A DNA stretch of 64,000 bases, taken from the NCBI GenBank assembly GCA_965153285.1, contig OZ229117.1; one strand, written 5' to 3'. Source of the stretch: Podarcis tiliguerta. Lineage: Eukaryota. A program made the translations under genes and the position numbers. The notes beneath the pieces were generated by a model. That model saw only the letters and a program-made list of their open reading frames with translations. It ran no database searches and was not told where the DNA came from. Positions 22,871-37,332 of this stretch are shown piece after piece (position 1 is the first letter of the stretch; each line of letters starts with the position of its first letter).

Positions 22871-22999
22871 CAGCAGCAACAACTAAGATCCTTCCTGGAA
22901 CTTGCTAAAGGCGACCCACCTAGTGCAGCATCATTTTTGCAGTGGCCGACCCACGCCTGCGGCGTCTCCAAGCAGGATTTGAGCATATTAACCCTCTCA

Positions 23000-23160
23000 C
23001 CCTCTTGTGGTTTCCTGCAGCTGGTATTCAGAAGGCATTGCTGCCTCTGACAGTGGAGGCAGAGCATGCCATAGCCATTGTGCATAGTAGCCCCCTCCTC
23101 CGTTAATTTATTCAATCTTCTTTTAACGGTATTAAAGTTGGTGGCCATCTTGCCTCCTGC
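23000..23160 (-). mobile_element. CR1-type LINE 3' fragment; related relics at ~20740-20970(+), 48540-48820(-), 63300-63470(+)
   Basis: AAGTTGGTGGCCATC / GATGGCCACTAGCTTAGATGGCTTTTAAAA motif typical of CR1 3' ends. Confidence 0.55.
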
Positions 23161-25159
23161 GAAAGTTTCAGTGTTTACAGTAACTACGCGTCGAGTTTAA
23201 AAGTCGCCGAGCTCGGTGCCTGTATCTGAAGTGTGTCTTCACATAGGCGGGCCTGTCTGCCGGAGCAGGCTAAAGACTCCGCTTGCCCAGCATCCTGCTG
23301 TCAGTGACCAAACCAGTGGGTTCTTCTTTTGTTTATTGCAATTACATCCCACCTTTTTATCCCATGACATTTAATTTCCAACAACCCTGTGCGGTAGGTT
23401 AGACTGAGAGGCAGTGGCCACCCAGTGAGCTTCGTGGTTGACCAAACATGGGCAATGGTGTTGTATAGTGACGAATCCCTCCGGAAAGCAGTTTTCACAT
23501 TGTGGGTGTATGTGTATACTATTTATCTTGCTTGAGATTATAATCTGTTGGGAGAGGGTCATCCTGACTAGATTCTTGTTTGCTTTCATGCTCTCCAGTG
23601 AAATGGGATGACACACGTCTCTTACATTGAAGGGCTTTCCTGCCTGTTTGCAAAACATTCACACCCACCCACCCATCTGTCAGGAGCCACATGCCAAGCT
23701 AGGACAGAAGCATAATAAACATGTCAGCTGACATTGTTGACTTAGTAGTTACAGACTGAGGACCCACAATAATGTGCTTGTTACACAAGCATAACACAAA
23801 ATCATGTGATTTTTATGGTAGGGTCAGCGAGGAAGGCTTGCTTTGAACACTTAACCATTAGATTGCTGTTGATCTCTGGTTAATTTGCTAATATGACAAC
23901 ATCCTGACTTTAGTGCTTACTTGAATTGCAAGATAAAACTTTGCCACTCCCCTCCATTCCCCCGTGAAAAGGTATCCTTAAGAACAGGTGGAAATATCTC
24001 AAAATGAATTAACAAGTTTATTTAAGATCACACAGAAGGAAGATTTTCTGACCCACCCTCAGCCCAGCAGCCCCCTACACACCCATTGTTCAAGGGGCAC
24101 TGCCCAACTCTACTCTTCTTGGAATGGGGGGCTGCTTAGGCACCAAGACCATAGCCAGGGCAAGTGGCAAGGAGCTGTATCGGTGCCCCCTGTCATTTGT
24201 GTCCTTGGCAAGGGGCTGTATCAGTGCCTCTGAAGCCAGTGAGACAATGGACAAGGAACTCAAATTTTGCTTTTTGTCTAATAATGTCACAGGGTGACTG
24301 GGAAGAGGGTCCCACAGGGCTGCCATGATGCCCCACACCGGCAACTGAATTACTCCACCAAGGCACCCAGAGGAGCCTCTGCACCTTGCCTGGCTGCCCA
24401 GGGGAGTGGAGGAGCAGCCCAGGGAGCAGGCAAGCTCTTAGGTAGAGTGGAGACCTCTGATTTTTGTGCATAACACCCCCCCCCCCCCAGCCTGCCACAT
24501 TTGACTGCAGCCAACCTAATAAACCCCTGGGTGGGAGGTACAGCTTGTCTGGTACAGAAGGGAATTGTCACCCACCTAAGGAACTGCCTATACATAACTC
24601 AGTATCTTTGCTTGGCAAGAAGAGTGAAAGGCAGCAACACATCCTCAAACACAAAGCAGTAGAATACTTTGCAGGCTTATGGTCCCAAGCCCCAGTAAGC
24701 CAGCAGAAGATGCACGGCCATAAGATGTGGTGAATGATCCACGGTGTTGGGGAAAGAGGCCACTAGAAGATTCATACACCTTCCTCGCCCTTTCAGGTGA
24801 AACCAGATTCTAAAGCCCTGAACTTTGTACAACCATCTTATCGCCTCTTCCAAGGATGACTATGAGGGTATCTCTGCAGGAACCATGTTGGAGGCAGTGA
24901 TTCTGAAAGGGCACCATTTTGCATCCTGCATTTTGCATCCTCCTTAGGCAGGGCCTAAGGAGAGTGGTCTTGAATCAGGGACATCAGTCCAAACAAAGCC
25001 TGTCAGGCCGGTAGCCCAATGAAGGGTTATCATGGGCAACAGCCCCCCCCCCCAAATACACCTGGAGGTACTTTCCTGGATTAATATGGAGATGAAAATG
25101 CTGGATCTGGATGCCAAGTGGCACATGCCAAGACATGGGGAGTACTTGGGTAAGGTACA

Positions 25160-25346
25160 TAAGAAGCTGCCTTACACCAGGCCAAACCATTGGTCCCTCT
25201 AACTCAGTATTGTCTACACTGAGTGGTGGTGGCTCCCCAGGTTTCAGGCAGCTGTCTCTTCCAGCCGTACCTTGATATGCCAGGGATTGAGCCTGGAACC
25301 CTCTAAATGCAAAGCAGATGCTGAATTGCTAAGCGTGGCTCTTCCC
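25160..25346 (-). mobile_element. Squam3-like SINE
   Basis: Reverse complement gives a tRNA-like head (GCATCTGCTTTGCATT...GGTTCCAGGCTCAATCCC) and the body GTAGACAATACTGAG...GGACCAATGG...AAGGCAGCTT. Confidence 0.7.
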
Positions 25347-26303
25347 TGGGTGAAACAGACTATCCTTGCCTCCCAAAGGGTCTCCACCAATCAAATTTAC
25401 AAGATGCCATAGAAAGTCTTCAACAAGTTGATGCAAGAGCAAGTCCACTCTGCTGATGCATGTGCACCCAGTGTTCTTGAATTCCTATGGGCTAGACCAG
25501 GGCCTGGCCCCCAATGCACTCAAGCAGTAGGCACCATTCTGGGTAGTGTTATTGCAGCACATGGAGGCTCCTTGCAGGCTCAAAGGTTGCATGTTCCTCC
25601 AAGAGGCTCTGCTCATCTTTCGCCTGGGTTCCAGAGCTGAACTTATCCTCGTTTTCAAGGCTGTTGTGGCCTCACCCTTCCAACCACTGCACTCCATCTA
25701 CTGCCGGGAGCTCAGCAACAAAAGTGGGGAAACTCAGGGTCCTCTTGGTCTGGAAGGAACTCTCTATCTGCCACCTGGGCAATATGGTCCTATGACCCAA
25801 CCTTGACCTTGCCTAAGGTGAACTCAATCTTCCACAGGGCTCAGGAAATTACGCTTCCTCACCTCATGATCATGGTCCCTCAGGAAAATACAGATCAGAA
25901 CTTGGCATTTCCTGTCATAGCTTTTAAAACTCCTTGCAGGTTCAATAGTATTTTGATACCTAATGAGAAGGGTTTCAGTTCAGGAAGGTGAAAGACCAAA
26001 ACCCATCTGAGAAGACAGAACCACTTGCAAGGACCCCAGTCTATTAGCTGAAAGTTCAACTGAAGGTTCCTTTCTAAAGAAACATATTTAGGGGTACAAA
26101 TTACTAATTGAAAACTGGGCAGGGCCATGGATAAGACTATGTGGACTTGCCCGGCACTGAGTTGTCAGCTTTCAGTGACTACTGAAGATCTACTGTTCAC
26201 CCAGGTTTTGGGGTATCTGTGTTGCTACACTTTGTAAACAGGTATTATTAAACTGTCTATGTGCTCTCAGCTGACGTTACTGTTTTATTGTTTGTTTGAG
26301 CAA

Positions 26304-26439
26304 AGAACTGTAGAGCTAGAAGGGACCATGAGGGTCATCTAGTCCGACCCCCTGCAATGCAGGAATCTTTTGCTCAACGTGGGGCTCGAACCCACAGCCC
26401 CGAGAAGAGTCTCAAGCTTGACCAACTGAGCTATCCCAG
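26304..26439 (-). mobile_element. Short SINE with a tRNA-Lys-derived head and a CR1 3' tail (Squam2 / turtle PolIII-SINE-type architecture)
   Basis: Head GATAGCTCAGTTGG...GAGACTCTT...GTGGGTTCGAGCCCCACGTTG; the tail matches the CR1 end at 4130-4190. Confidence 0.8.
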
Positions 26440-26547
26440 TTTATGGTTTTATTCATTGGTATTGTACCCAGCTTTGGAACGCCTTTATAAAGAAAAGCGG
26501 GTAGGAAATTTTAATAAAATAAATAATTGTTGCAACTGCTTTTTGTT

Positions 26548-26553
26548 TTTAAT
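26548..26553 (-). terminator. Candidate RSPRY1 poly(A) signal (ATTAAA); alternative AATAAA at 26448-26453
   Basis: Hexamers ~1.4 kb past the stop codon, after an AU-rich 3' UTR-like region. Confidence 0.4.
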
Positions 26554-27933
26554 GAATCAAGAAAAGCTGGATTCAGCACTCTATAAATTAAGACGGGAAA
26601 CTGAAGCCCCATCCTGAACCACTGGAAATGTGATTCAACAATGTCTAAACATCTTAAGAATTCAACAGACATTATTCACATATCCTTCCAAAGGTACCTT
26701 GCAACCATAACTAGAAACTTTCTTTCTTTTAAGGCTGAGATTATCACACAGCTGATTTCAGTGATTTTTCTGCACTTGCACAGAGGCACAATATGCACAT
26801 TGCCCCATGAGCTTTTTGATATTGGTTTGTGCAACCCTAGAAGTTGCACTGTGTGTCCCTCCTCCCCACATGTTTTGCCAAGTGGATAGGCATGAGCTTG
26901 GCAGACTAAGTTTGTTAGAGCCTATGTAAATGAAATGGTAGTTTAGTCAACCTAGGCTGACTTGCTATTCAAACAACATGTATTTCTTTCAAAACAATAT
27001 TAACAGAGTTTCTCCACATTTTCTTTCCAGATCTTGAGTTCTATAGCTCAATACTTTCAAAACGTACAGAACTTGCAAGAACAAATACTGAATTTAAAAA
27101 GAGAGAGAGAGAGAGAAATCAATGGTACCTTTTAAAATACCCAGAATAACAAGCTATCTCCAGTCTGGCACTGTAGTTATAAGAATCCCTCCTGAAAAAT
27201 CACTTCTTTTTTGACAACAATGTAGGTACTGAAATTGAAGGAACTAGAAACACTATGAATGAAAATGCAGTTTTCTGCAGTTTAAAAAAAAGGTGGTGGT
27301 AGTGGAAGAATCAATGTTCTTTGGAATCACAGAGTTATCAAAAAAAATTTGGATTCTTCTAGAATCTCAACACCTCCTTTACAAATCAGTTTCTTCATGT
27401 AGAATTCAAGTCTGAACATTTTCAGGTCAACAGTCCAAAATACAGAGGGTCTCTGACCAGCAGGAAGCTACATTGACCAAGAAATATTGGTGTTGTTTTT
27501 AAATGTGTGACGGCTGCTGAAATAAAGGCTTTAGAAGACAGATATGCCCCCATTAGAGGAGATTATGAGCCTTATGTTTCCAGTGCAAAACTGTTGACAT
27601 GTGATGGGCAAGTGGAAGGAGCAGCGGAAGAAAGGAAATGGGAAGAGTGGACAGGGGACAAACTTAAGAGGCAGACTCTCCAGCCACCTTGGTGGGAGAC
27701 AAACCAACAGGTAGCTCAAGTCTCACCGCCAACTTTCATTTCTGCTAAAAGAACATTCCACAGCTCTGAGGCAGCAGGGCGACTTAACAGGTTTCCGTCT
27801 ACTGTTCAGCATGAAAGTGGGCCACAGTTGGGGCTCTCAGCTTGTGTGTGGCTCGGTCAGAGCTGCCTTTCTCCCTTCTAGCGCTGAATGGAATGGATCA
27901 GAGGGAAGTTCACGAGATACAGTTCCCCACGTG

Positions 27934-28059
<126 letters not shown>

Positions 28060-28808
28060 TTACTAGGGCAACTTCTGTCCAGGCAATAGTATGCAAACAT
28101 TTAAGTTACACAGAACTCTTCATCAGGAACAACAGAAATGTCTTTGCTCTTTTTAAAAAACAAACAAACAAATCCATTCATTTTTGTTGTGGGAATGGAG
28201 CTGTATCCAAATAGCTTTTAATCCAGGTAGACCAACTGAAAATAATGGACCAAAGCTAGTTGTGCCTATTTATTTCATGGGACTACTCTGAGCATGGATG
28301 CAACTTATGTCATGTAATTCTCCATGGGAACACTGAATGGGCAGGTGGGTGTGTCACAACATGATTTGCCAATGCTAGTTTTGTTGTGGACAGTTAATAG
28401 TACAGAGACAATGCACATATTCTAAGCAGTAAAATCCATCTTCTTTGTTGCCTCAAGACTTATAGGGTTTATGTACACATGAAGCAGTGGGGGAATAAGG
28501 TGGGTAGTAGAATCTTAAGGGAGAAGCGTGGACAGTACCACGTCATACTGCAGGTATAGCTGCAGCAGCAACAACAAAATCCCTGCTAGTAGAAACCTAG
28601 TACAGCAGGAAACAGGCTGATCTGGAACATCTCCTCCTTGCTGTGCTTGTTGTTCTTTGCAGGCTTCCCCTCTTGGTGATGAAGAAAAAACAAAAGTGAC
28701 ATTCCTCACCTGCAGCCTGAACTGGCAGAATCCCTTCTACCACCTCATCCTACTACATATGCAGACCAGGTCTAACCTGGATTGCAAAGCTTTACAAAAT
28801 AGAAAATC

Positions 28809-28831
28809 AATAATAATAATAATAATAATAT
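28809..28831. repeat. (AAT)n microsatellite
   Basis: Read directly; another copy at 43876-43897. Confidence 0.85.
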
Positions 28832-29115
28832 GAATAATTAATAATAGTATTTTTAATCCACCTTTTAGAATATATATCCTGTATAGTCTTTTAAATGTGT
28901 TTGTGAGAGGGGGCGTTTATTGGTTTTTGTTTTATTGTATATTTTCTCATTTTAAATTTTTATGTTGTGAACCACCCTGTATACCTTGGATGAAGGGCAG
29001 CATACAAATTTAATAAATAAATAAATAATCCCTCCAAGACCAATTACAGCTTATCATACTAGGGCATGTAAGACAGGGGAAGCTACAAAACCATGATAAA
29101 TAAAAGGAATAATTA

Positions 29116-29244
<129 letters not shown>

Positions 29245-29793
29245 TCAGCAGGATTCAGTTCAAAGAAACAGTTTCAAGGGATCCTGCTCATATCAAATGT
29301 ATTTGACTATGGACATGATCACCTTACACGACAATGAATCTCAGTTTAATATCTGTGAATTAGTATGTGCAGCAATGGAAACAAAAACAAATTCAATTAA
29401 CAATTTATTCAATTCTGTTAACTAAGGTCACTGCAGAATTAATGCTCTGCATATCCACTAGTTTATCAAACAAGTACACAGATTTGATACTAAGCATGAA
29501 ATCGGGCATCTGGAAGATCTAAACTTCTCGTTTAAAGCTACCACCACTGGAAGAAGTTGTTACCCCTTATAGTTGGGGAGGGTCTAGGCAGAATATGGAA
29601 AGCTCCCCCTCCCAACTAGCCTTTCTCTCGTTCCCCTAATAAACCAATCAACAAAACTTCAGATGTTAGTCAAAAACCTGAATCACAGACACTAGATAAA
29701 TAGCACAGAACTAATCTAATCTATGAAAGTTGGCTTTTGTTTACATGATTCATTCTCATGGAATAATCTGCACCTAAGTTTGCACCTAAGTTT

Positions 29794-30154
29794 GGGACGC
29801 GGGTGGTGCTGTGGGTAAAACCTCAGTGCCTAGGGCTTGCCGATCACATGGTCGGCGGTTCGAATCCCCATGGTGGGGTGAGCTCTCGTCTTTCGGTCCC
29901 AGCTCCTGCCCACCTAGCAGTTCGAAAGCACACCTAAGTGCAAGTAGATAAATAGGTACCGCTTTATAGCGGGAAGGTAAACGGCGTTTCCGTGTGCTGC
30001 GCTGGTGCTGGCTCGCCAGAGCAGCTTTGTCACGCTGGCCACGGGACCCAGAAGTGTGTCCGGACAGCGCTGGCCCCCGGCCTCTTAAGTGAGATGGGTG
30101 CACAACCCTAGAGTCGGACACGACTGGCCCGTACGGGCAGGGGTACCTTTACCT
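29794..30154 (+). mobile_element. Sauria SINE, full length (second subfamily)
   Basis: Same head, core and ACCTTT tail; short TSD TAAGTTTG. Confidence 0.95.
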
Positions 30155-30428
30155 TAAGTTTGCCCTAGATACAACTCTCAGAATGACAGGTATTCAGCAT
30201 TTCCCACATTACATTTTCAAGCTGCATTTTCTACAATCAACACACAAAACAGTCCCGAGGTTAAGTGGTTCTTCCATTGTGAAAGGCTGCAGTGTGTGAA
30301 ACTACAGGCTTTTGTTAAAACTTCACAGGATGTTCTTTATTTATCATATCCAGATGGGTCAAAACCTACAAAGAACAAGACTGTAATCTCGGCCTTCAGT
30401 TCTATGCACTGACAAGTAGAAAATATTA

Positions 30429-30590
<162 letters not shown>

Positions 30591-31379
30591 TCAAGGGAGA
30601 ATAATATTAGAGCACCACCATGCAAAGCATCCGATACACGGTGCCACTTTGTATTACACTGAGAAATACCCATGACTTGTAGAATCATCCAGGTGTGCAG
30701 AACGGATTGGTCCAAGGTCACCCAGTGAGCTTCATGGCCAAGTGGGGATTTGAAGCCTTGTCTCCAAGATCCTAGTCCAACACACTAACCCCTACACCAT
30801 GCTGTCTTTACTACAAGTCATGGCTTGTTTTCTAGTTAGGGATAGGAAGGGCTGGCTAGCCCAAGTAGATGGGTTGCAGACTGAAGACTGCCCCCCTTCC
30901 CAGGTTTGCTTAGATCCTTAACATGCAGCTTCAAACAGGCCCCTTGCATATCTCTTCCCTGCCTGCTTCCAATACCCAGCCTGAATTCCACTCTTTGCTC
31001 ACTCAGATTTCCACCTCTTTGTCCGCTGAGTAATTTGCCTCTCAAACCTCTTTACATAACAACTCTGCTTATGAGCACACTGCTCACGCTGTCCCTACTC
31101 TTTCAACTATCCAGATTCTGCGTTTTACTCTAGTCTCCAGCATGGTCAACCCACCGCTGCAGATTTGTCAACACATTCCTCCTGAGCAATTAGAATGTTT
31201 GTGGGCATTCTCCAAGGTTATAGCAGTTCTACATGCTTGGGGGATGGGAAGAGGACTAGTTTCAAATGGTCTATTATCAAATCATATCAAATCAGGGGAG
31301 CAATGTTCATCTTGTAATATACAGGACTGTGCTCCCCCTGAAGCAACAGGGTTAGACAGCTTGGGGAGGTTGCTTGAGA

Positions 31380-32150
31380 TCCACGAGTTTGCTCCTGTGG
31401 CACCGAGTGGCTTTTATCAGTTTAGGCTGGTGGGCCTGCTGTACCTGGACAGAGATAGCAAAGCATCCATAATCCATGCTCTGACAATCTACAATTTAAG
31501 ACTACTGTAACCCATTGCTTGCAGCGCTCCCTTTGAAGACTTTTTGGAAACAATGCTGGAGCCAGAGTAGTGTAGTGGTTAGAGTACTAGACTAGGATGT
31601 GATTGACCAGTTTTCATATTCTACTCAGCCATGAAGCCCACTGGGCGACCTTGAGTCAGCCACTCTATCTCAGCCTAACCTACCTCAGAGTTGTTGTGAT
31701 GATAAAATGGAGAGTGGGAGGCGTGTGTAAGCCACTACAAGCTCCTTAGAGGAAAGGTGGGATATAAATGCAATACATAAATGCTAAGTTCTAGTGACAG
31801 CTATTATACAGGTGTTGCACCAGTTGAACTGGCATCCAGTCGTCGAGTCAACATGTTGGCTTTGACCTTTAAAGCTGTTTATGGCTTAATACCAGGGTAT
31901 ATGAAGAGCCACCTGTCTCTGTATCTAACCTATATGTTCTATTGAGGGCCTTACCCAGGTACCCCATATCTTAGGTGAGGCAGGTGCCTCCCAGAAAGAA
32001 AGTCTTCTCAATGGTGGCACCTCACTTATGGAATGCTCTCTACAAAGAGGTCCATCTGGAACCCTATTCTGTTGTTCTTATGGCATCTGGCAAGTGTGGT
32101 TTTATGTTCCCCTGGCCTTTTAGACTTAATTTTATTGTTATCTGGATCTT
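31380..32150 (+). mobile_element. L2-type LINE relic interrupted by a MIR-like SINE (31561-31782)
   Basis: L2 RT-end motifs (GACTACTGTAAC...CCCTTTGAAGAC; CTGGCATCCAGT; TTCTC.ATGGTGGCACCTCACTTATGGAATGCTCT). The SINE has a TAGTGTAGTGGTTAGAG head. Confidence 0.65.
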
Positions 32151-32200
32151 AAAAGCTTGCTATTAATTTTTCACTGCTTTCACAAGGGCCACATACTTAC

Positions 32201-32303
32201 ACAGCAGAAGAAAAGACTTGCTTCTCAGCAGGAAGCTGGTTCCCATTTAAATAAAAGATCATTTTCTTGTCTTGTAGGTCCAGCAAAAATCCTATTGTAT
32301 CAC
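32201..32303 (-). CDS. RSPRY1: RSPRY1 coding exon 11
   Basis: DTIGFLLDLQDKKMIFYLNGNQLPAEKQVFSSA; cag/gtaagt. Confidence 0.96.
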
Positions 32304-32446
32304 CTGAAGTCATATATAAGAAAAAACACAGGGTTGTTGGAGATCTGTTTAACAACCCACCCCACAATAGTGACTTGGTATATGCAGTGGGTGGGAACAA
32401 CCTCTGCATGTGAGTAAACTTATACCAGTCCCTTTTCATATAATTG

Positions 32447-32560
32447 CAGAGTTAGAAGGTACACCAAGGGTCATCTAGTGCAACTGACTGCAATGCAGGA
32501 ATCACAGCTAAAGAATCACTGACAGAGGGCCATCCAACCTCTGTTTAAATGCCTCCTCTC
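32447..32560 (-). mobile_element. CR1 3' terminal fragment
   Basis: AAGGGTCATCTAG...GCAATGCAGGAATCACAGCTAAAG is the reverse complement of the CR1 tail at 4118-4185. Confidence 0.75.
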
Positions 32561-32888
32561 CTCCTTTATGTTGTCTTTTATCCTGAAACCTTGCAGCAAG
32601 TATTCAAAGGCCTGATGAGGATATAGCACTGATTTCTGCACACTGTGGTTTGCAAACTGAAAACCAACTTTGGGAATGGAGGCTTCTCCCTGACATGAAT
32701 CCCATGTTGCTTCCCTCAATAGCTTTAACTATGGTTTACAGTTTACAATAACAATGGTTAAAAAAACCAGGCTCAATCTTAACCAGGGCTGGTAAACTGT
32801 CTTCAAACCATGGTTAAGAAGAGAACTCTGGTTAGCACCCATGTTAGCTCTGGTTAGCACTCTGGTTAGCACCCATGTAACTCTAAAC

Positions 32889-33137
32889 CATGGGTAGGCA
32901 AACTAAGGCCCGGGGGCCAGATCCGGCCCAACTGCCTTCTAAATCTGGCCTGTGGACAGCCTGGGAATCAGTGTGTTTTTACACGAGTAGTATGTGTGCT
33001 TTTATTTAAAATGCATCTCTGGGATATTTGTGGGGCATAAGAATTCGTTCATTTTTTCTCCAAAATATAATCCGGCCCCCCACAAGGTCTGAGGGACAGT
33101 GGACTGGCCCCCTGCTGAAAAAGTTTGCTGACCCCTG
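32889..33137. mobile_element. hAT (Charlie-type) MITE
   Basis: Ends CATGGGTAGGCAAACT / AGTTTGCTGACCCCTG, subterminal CCGGCCC motifs, TSD CTCTAAAC/CTGTAAAC. Confidence 0.8.
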
Positions 33138-34609
33138 CTGTAAACTATGGTTAAAGCTGTAGAGGGGGAAATTCACACAAGAGGGAAAAGAAGCAGACAT
33201 TGAACTTTTTGTAAGTTTTAAACTATTGTTGCAAATTGTTACTGGGTTTAAAAAAAATCTTTTTGTAAACTACTTTTGAGTTTTTGTTTTGTGAACATTT
33301 TATGAAATAAAAAAAAAATATGTTCCGGAGGCTGATTCCTGATTTACAAATAGCATTTTGCAGGGAGCCAGCGTTACGCCTGCTCAGAGTCATCTTCAGC
33401 ATTTTCTCAAATTTAAGTAATTAGGAAGCTAGGTAAGAGTTTGTAACTAGAAGGAAACTTTGTGCTCCTCTTTTCCCAAATGAAGGATGAATTAACGCTA
33501 CATAGATTCCACATAATGCAGAGAAGATCAAGATGAACAGAAGCACATTAAAACATTGACCCCAGGGACTGGATGCGCATCAGAAACAAAAGTAAACATG
33601 AAAAATGCAGTTGTGCCTTGAGTTTGCAGTGTAGGCACCTACATGTACATATCATGCTGCTCCTCTGCAGTCTTCACCCCAGATAGCATGTTGATCTCAA
33701 TACTGGATGTGCAATCTGCATGACTGGCAGTGAGAGCAGCAATAAGAATGTCTGTGTGGGGTCTGTGGGGACATTTGAACGAAGAGGGGGCATTTGGTTT
33801 TTCCAGGAAAGGCTCCCTGTGCTTCTAGTTTACTACTAAAGCACTGAGTTAAAAGCACAGGAAGCTGATGTACGGACATGTCCCGAAAGAATCACCCCTT
33901 GGGGACAGAGACCCCTTGGATCCCTGGGCCATCTGTTCCATTGTCCAAAAATTCAATTTCAATCAAGATCCTTTCCTGGCTACACCTTTTTCTCCTTCAG
34001 TGGCATGGAAGGATCCCAACTTAGAACTAGTCCAACAATAAAAGCCTTTTCCTAGATTGTACCACTTCTGGTTATAGGTGGAGAACTGGACAGTTGAATG
34101 CTCCCCCCATACAAAACCTTTCCTGCATGTAGTGAGGACTGAAAAAAGTTTGCAGCCTAGCCTTTCCAATCTGACAGAAGACGGGACCTCAGGCCTAGGA
34201 GGCCCTAATGTGACCCTCTTCCATGTCTCTTGGGACTCTTTGCAGGGCACACATGTGTGCCAGCCATATTTTCTTTTTCCTGGGCCATGGCCCTCACTGG
34301 CTTTGTTCCATGCTCTCCTAGTGTTTCTGCCTAGCTGGAATGTGTCCTTGAACTCTGGTGAACCTTGGACTCTGGCCTGCCTGGATGGATGACAGAGAGA
34401 AGTGTGTAGAAGCTAGCCTACTGCACAAAGGTAGGCTCTGCCCACTTTTGCTTCTGGTCCCACCCACCAATGGCATGTGGCCCTCAGAAGGCTGCTGCGA
34501 AGGGATGAAAATGACTCTTCACTTACAGTGACCTACAATGGTAGGAGACAGGGTAGAAGGGATTCTAGGCTACTAAATTGGCAGCTTTGCTCCCCTCTGG
34601 GGAGTGCTA

Positions 34610-34861
<252 letters not shown>

Positions 34862-34893
34862 TCAACCATTTTGCATAACTATGGGCACATGGG

Positions 34894-35251
34894 GGGACGT
34901 GGGTGGGGCTGTGGGTAAAAGCCTCAGCACCTAGGGCTTGCCGATCGAAAGGTCAGCAGCTCGAATCCCTGCGGTGGGGTGCGCTCCCGTTGTTCGGTCC
35001 CAGCGCCTGCCAACCTAGCAGTTCGAAAGCACTCCCGGGTGCAAGTAGATAAATAGGGACCGCTTACTAGCGGGAAGGTAAACGGCGTTTCCGTGTGCGG
35101 CTCTGGCTCGCCAGAGCAGCGATGTCACGCTGGCCACGTGACCCAGAAGTGTCTCCGGACAGCGCTGGCCCCCGGCCTCTTGAGTGAGATGGGCGCACAA
35201 CCCTAGAGTCTGTCAAGACTGGCCCGTACGGGCAGGGGTACCTTTACCTTT
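34894..35251 (+). mobile_element. Sauria SINE, full length (second subfamily)
   Basis: Very similar to the 29794 copy; TSD GGGCACATGGG(GGG) at 34883 and 35254. Confidence 0.95.
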
Positions 35252-36018
35252 ACGGGCACATGGGGGGTATCAATATGTTCTTTCTTAACAAGGGTGAGAT
35301 CTGAATGCAGGTTTGAATATGTGGCCCACTGTTGGACTACACTGGGCACATTTATGCCCTCTTGCAAGTACAGACTCAGGGCTTCTTTCAAGAGTTGCTT
35401 CCTGCTGTGTGATCATACGCTGGGTGAATTCCAGAAGGGGAAAGATCCATAGGCTATGGCTTCCTGGTTGTGTATAGCTCCCTGACACTTTCTGAAATTG
35501 CAAAATCACCTTTAAAACCTAGACAAAAGCTAAATTTGGTGCAAATGCAATGCTACAACTGAATTTATGCTGGATTTGTGCAGGAGAGAAGAGGAGGGAG
35601 CATGCAAACAGGTGGGATATTCTGGCTTTCTTGCTTAAGGTTAAGAAAATCCCATCTGCACCAGTCATTGCACCAAACACCAGTGCACATTTTGGCATCA
35701 AAGTGCTGTGCAATAACCGATAACTAAAATACAGTTAAATGTACAGTTGTGCCGCTAGGGAAGGTGAAGAGGGGCTCTCATCTACCTCCTTCTCCAGCAA
35801 CGCCAACTCTCCCCACCATATCAAGGTATTTGCATCTAACCCTATACAACATTTTTACTATAGTGAAACACCTTCCCTGTAATTGTAAACTGCAACTTTT
35901 GCCAACCTGTGCTGATTGGGGCTGATGGGAGCTGCAGCCCAAAACATCTGGAGGGCCCATTTAAACCAAAAGTTGCAAGAAAAACCAGAATCTTCACATG
36001 GCTTCTGCAAAGATGTCA

Positions 36019-36348
<330 letters not shown>

Positions 36349-37185
36349 CTAATGAACAAACCAAAAGTAAAATAAATAAATGCTTGCCTTCCAAAAGACA
36401 ACAGCTACCTGGCCCTAGCAGGAGGAATTTAAATCCTTGTAAGTTCTCAGCTCCATTTTGAGGCAACAGGCTCATATTTCAGAAGAAACCGATTCTACAT
36501 TTAATACTGAATAGGTAACTCACCCGCAGATGTGAAGATGTGAGACTAAGTGCCCTGCAGGTGTGGTCTGAAAAAGGCTTGCTTTTGTTTTGTTTTGTTG
36601 TTTTGTTCTGCAAACACAGACCACTGAGAATTTATGTCTGGAGTCTGCTACAAAGTCAGGTGGAGCCTTGAGTGTGCTATGCACATGACTCTCTGGGAAT
36701 CCAATGCTGCCTTGCGGGAGGGGCTCCTGCTTGCCCTCCCTTATGCTTTGTTTGCATATTTGCAAATAATGCAAACCAGTAATTATTTCCCACATTGATA
36801 GCAAGAGATACAGGGTTGTGATATGTATATTCCAGATCCTGAATGCAGGCTTTGTAGTCCATTTTAATAAGTTCACAAGGATCACCAACAGCTACATTCT
36901 GAAACAGGATTTGTAAGTCTTACTGTATCCCCTTTGATGTCACAACCTTATTAATCATTGATTAAAACCTCTTGCTAAACTTCCTCTCTTTCTGCTATTT
37001 CAGCTGGGTTTATTAAAAAACATATAAAAATGGCTTGGTTTGACTTACGGCCTATATTATTATCTCAAAGAGAGTGAAGCCTCTAGTGTCCTCTCTTCCA
37101 AAGGGAAATGAAACCCAAATAGTGCTATTCTGAAACTTCTTACTGTTTGGGGAAGTGTAGAAGATATAAAAATATGATGGAATTA

Positions 37186-37332
<147 letters not shown>

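Noticed and set aside
24915-24942. Small tandem duplications (CATTTTGCATCCT x2; TGCACCTAAGTT x2 at 29769)
   Set aside because: Ordinary slippage or insertion by-products with no further structure.
25380-25720. Coding-looking stretch between RSPRY1 and ARL2BP (LENEDKFSSGTQAKDEQSLLEEH on -)
   Set aside because: Short and stop-interrupted, with no convincing splice pair and no family I recognise; a tBLASTx search would be needed to revive it.
26372-26439. tRNA-Lys gene
   Set aside because: The anticodon arm and acceptor stem are damaged, there is no T-run terminator, and it is fused to a CR1 tail, so it is a SINE head.
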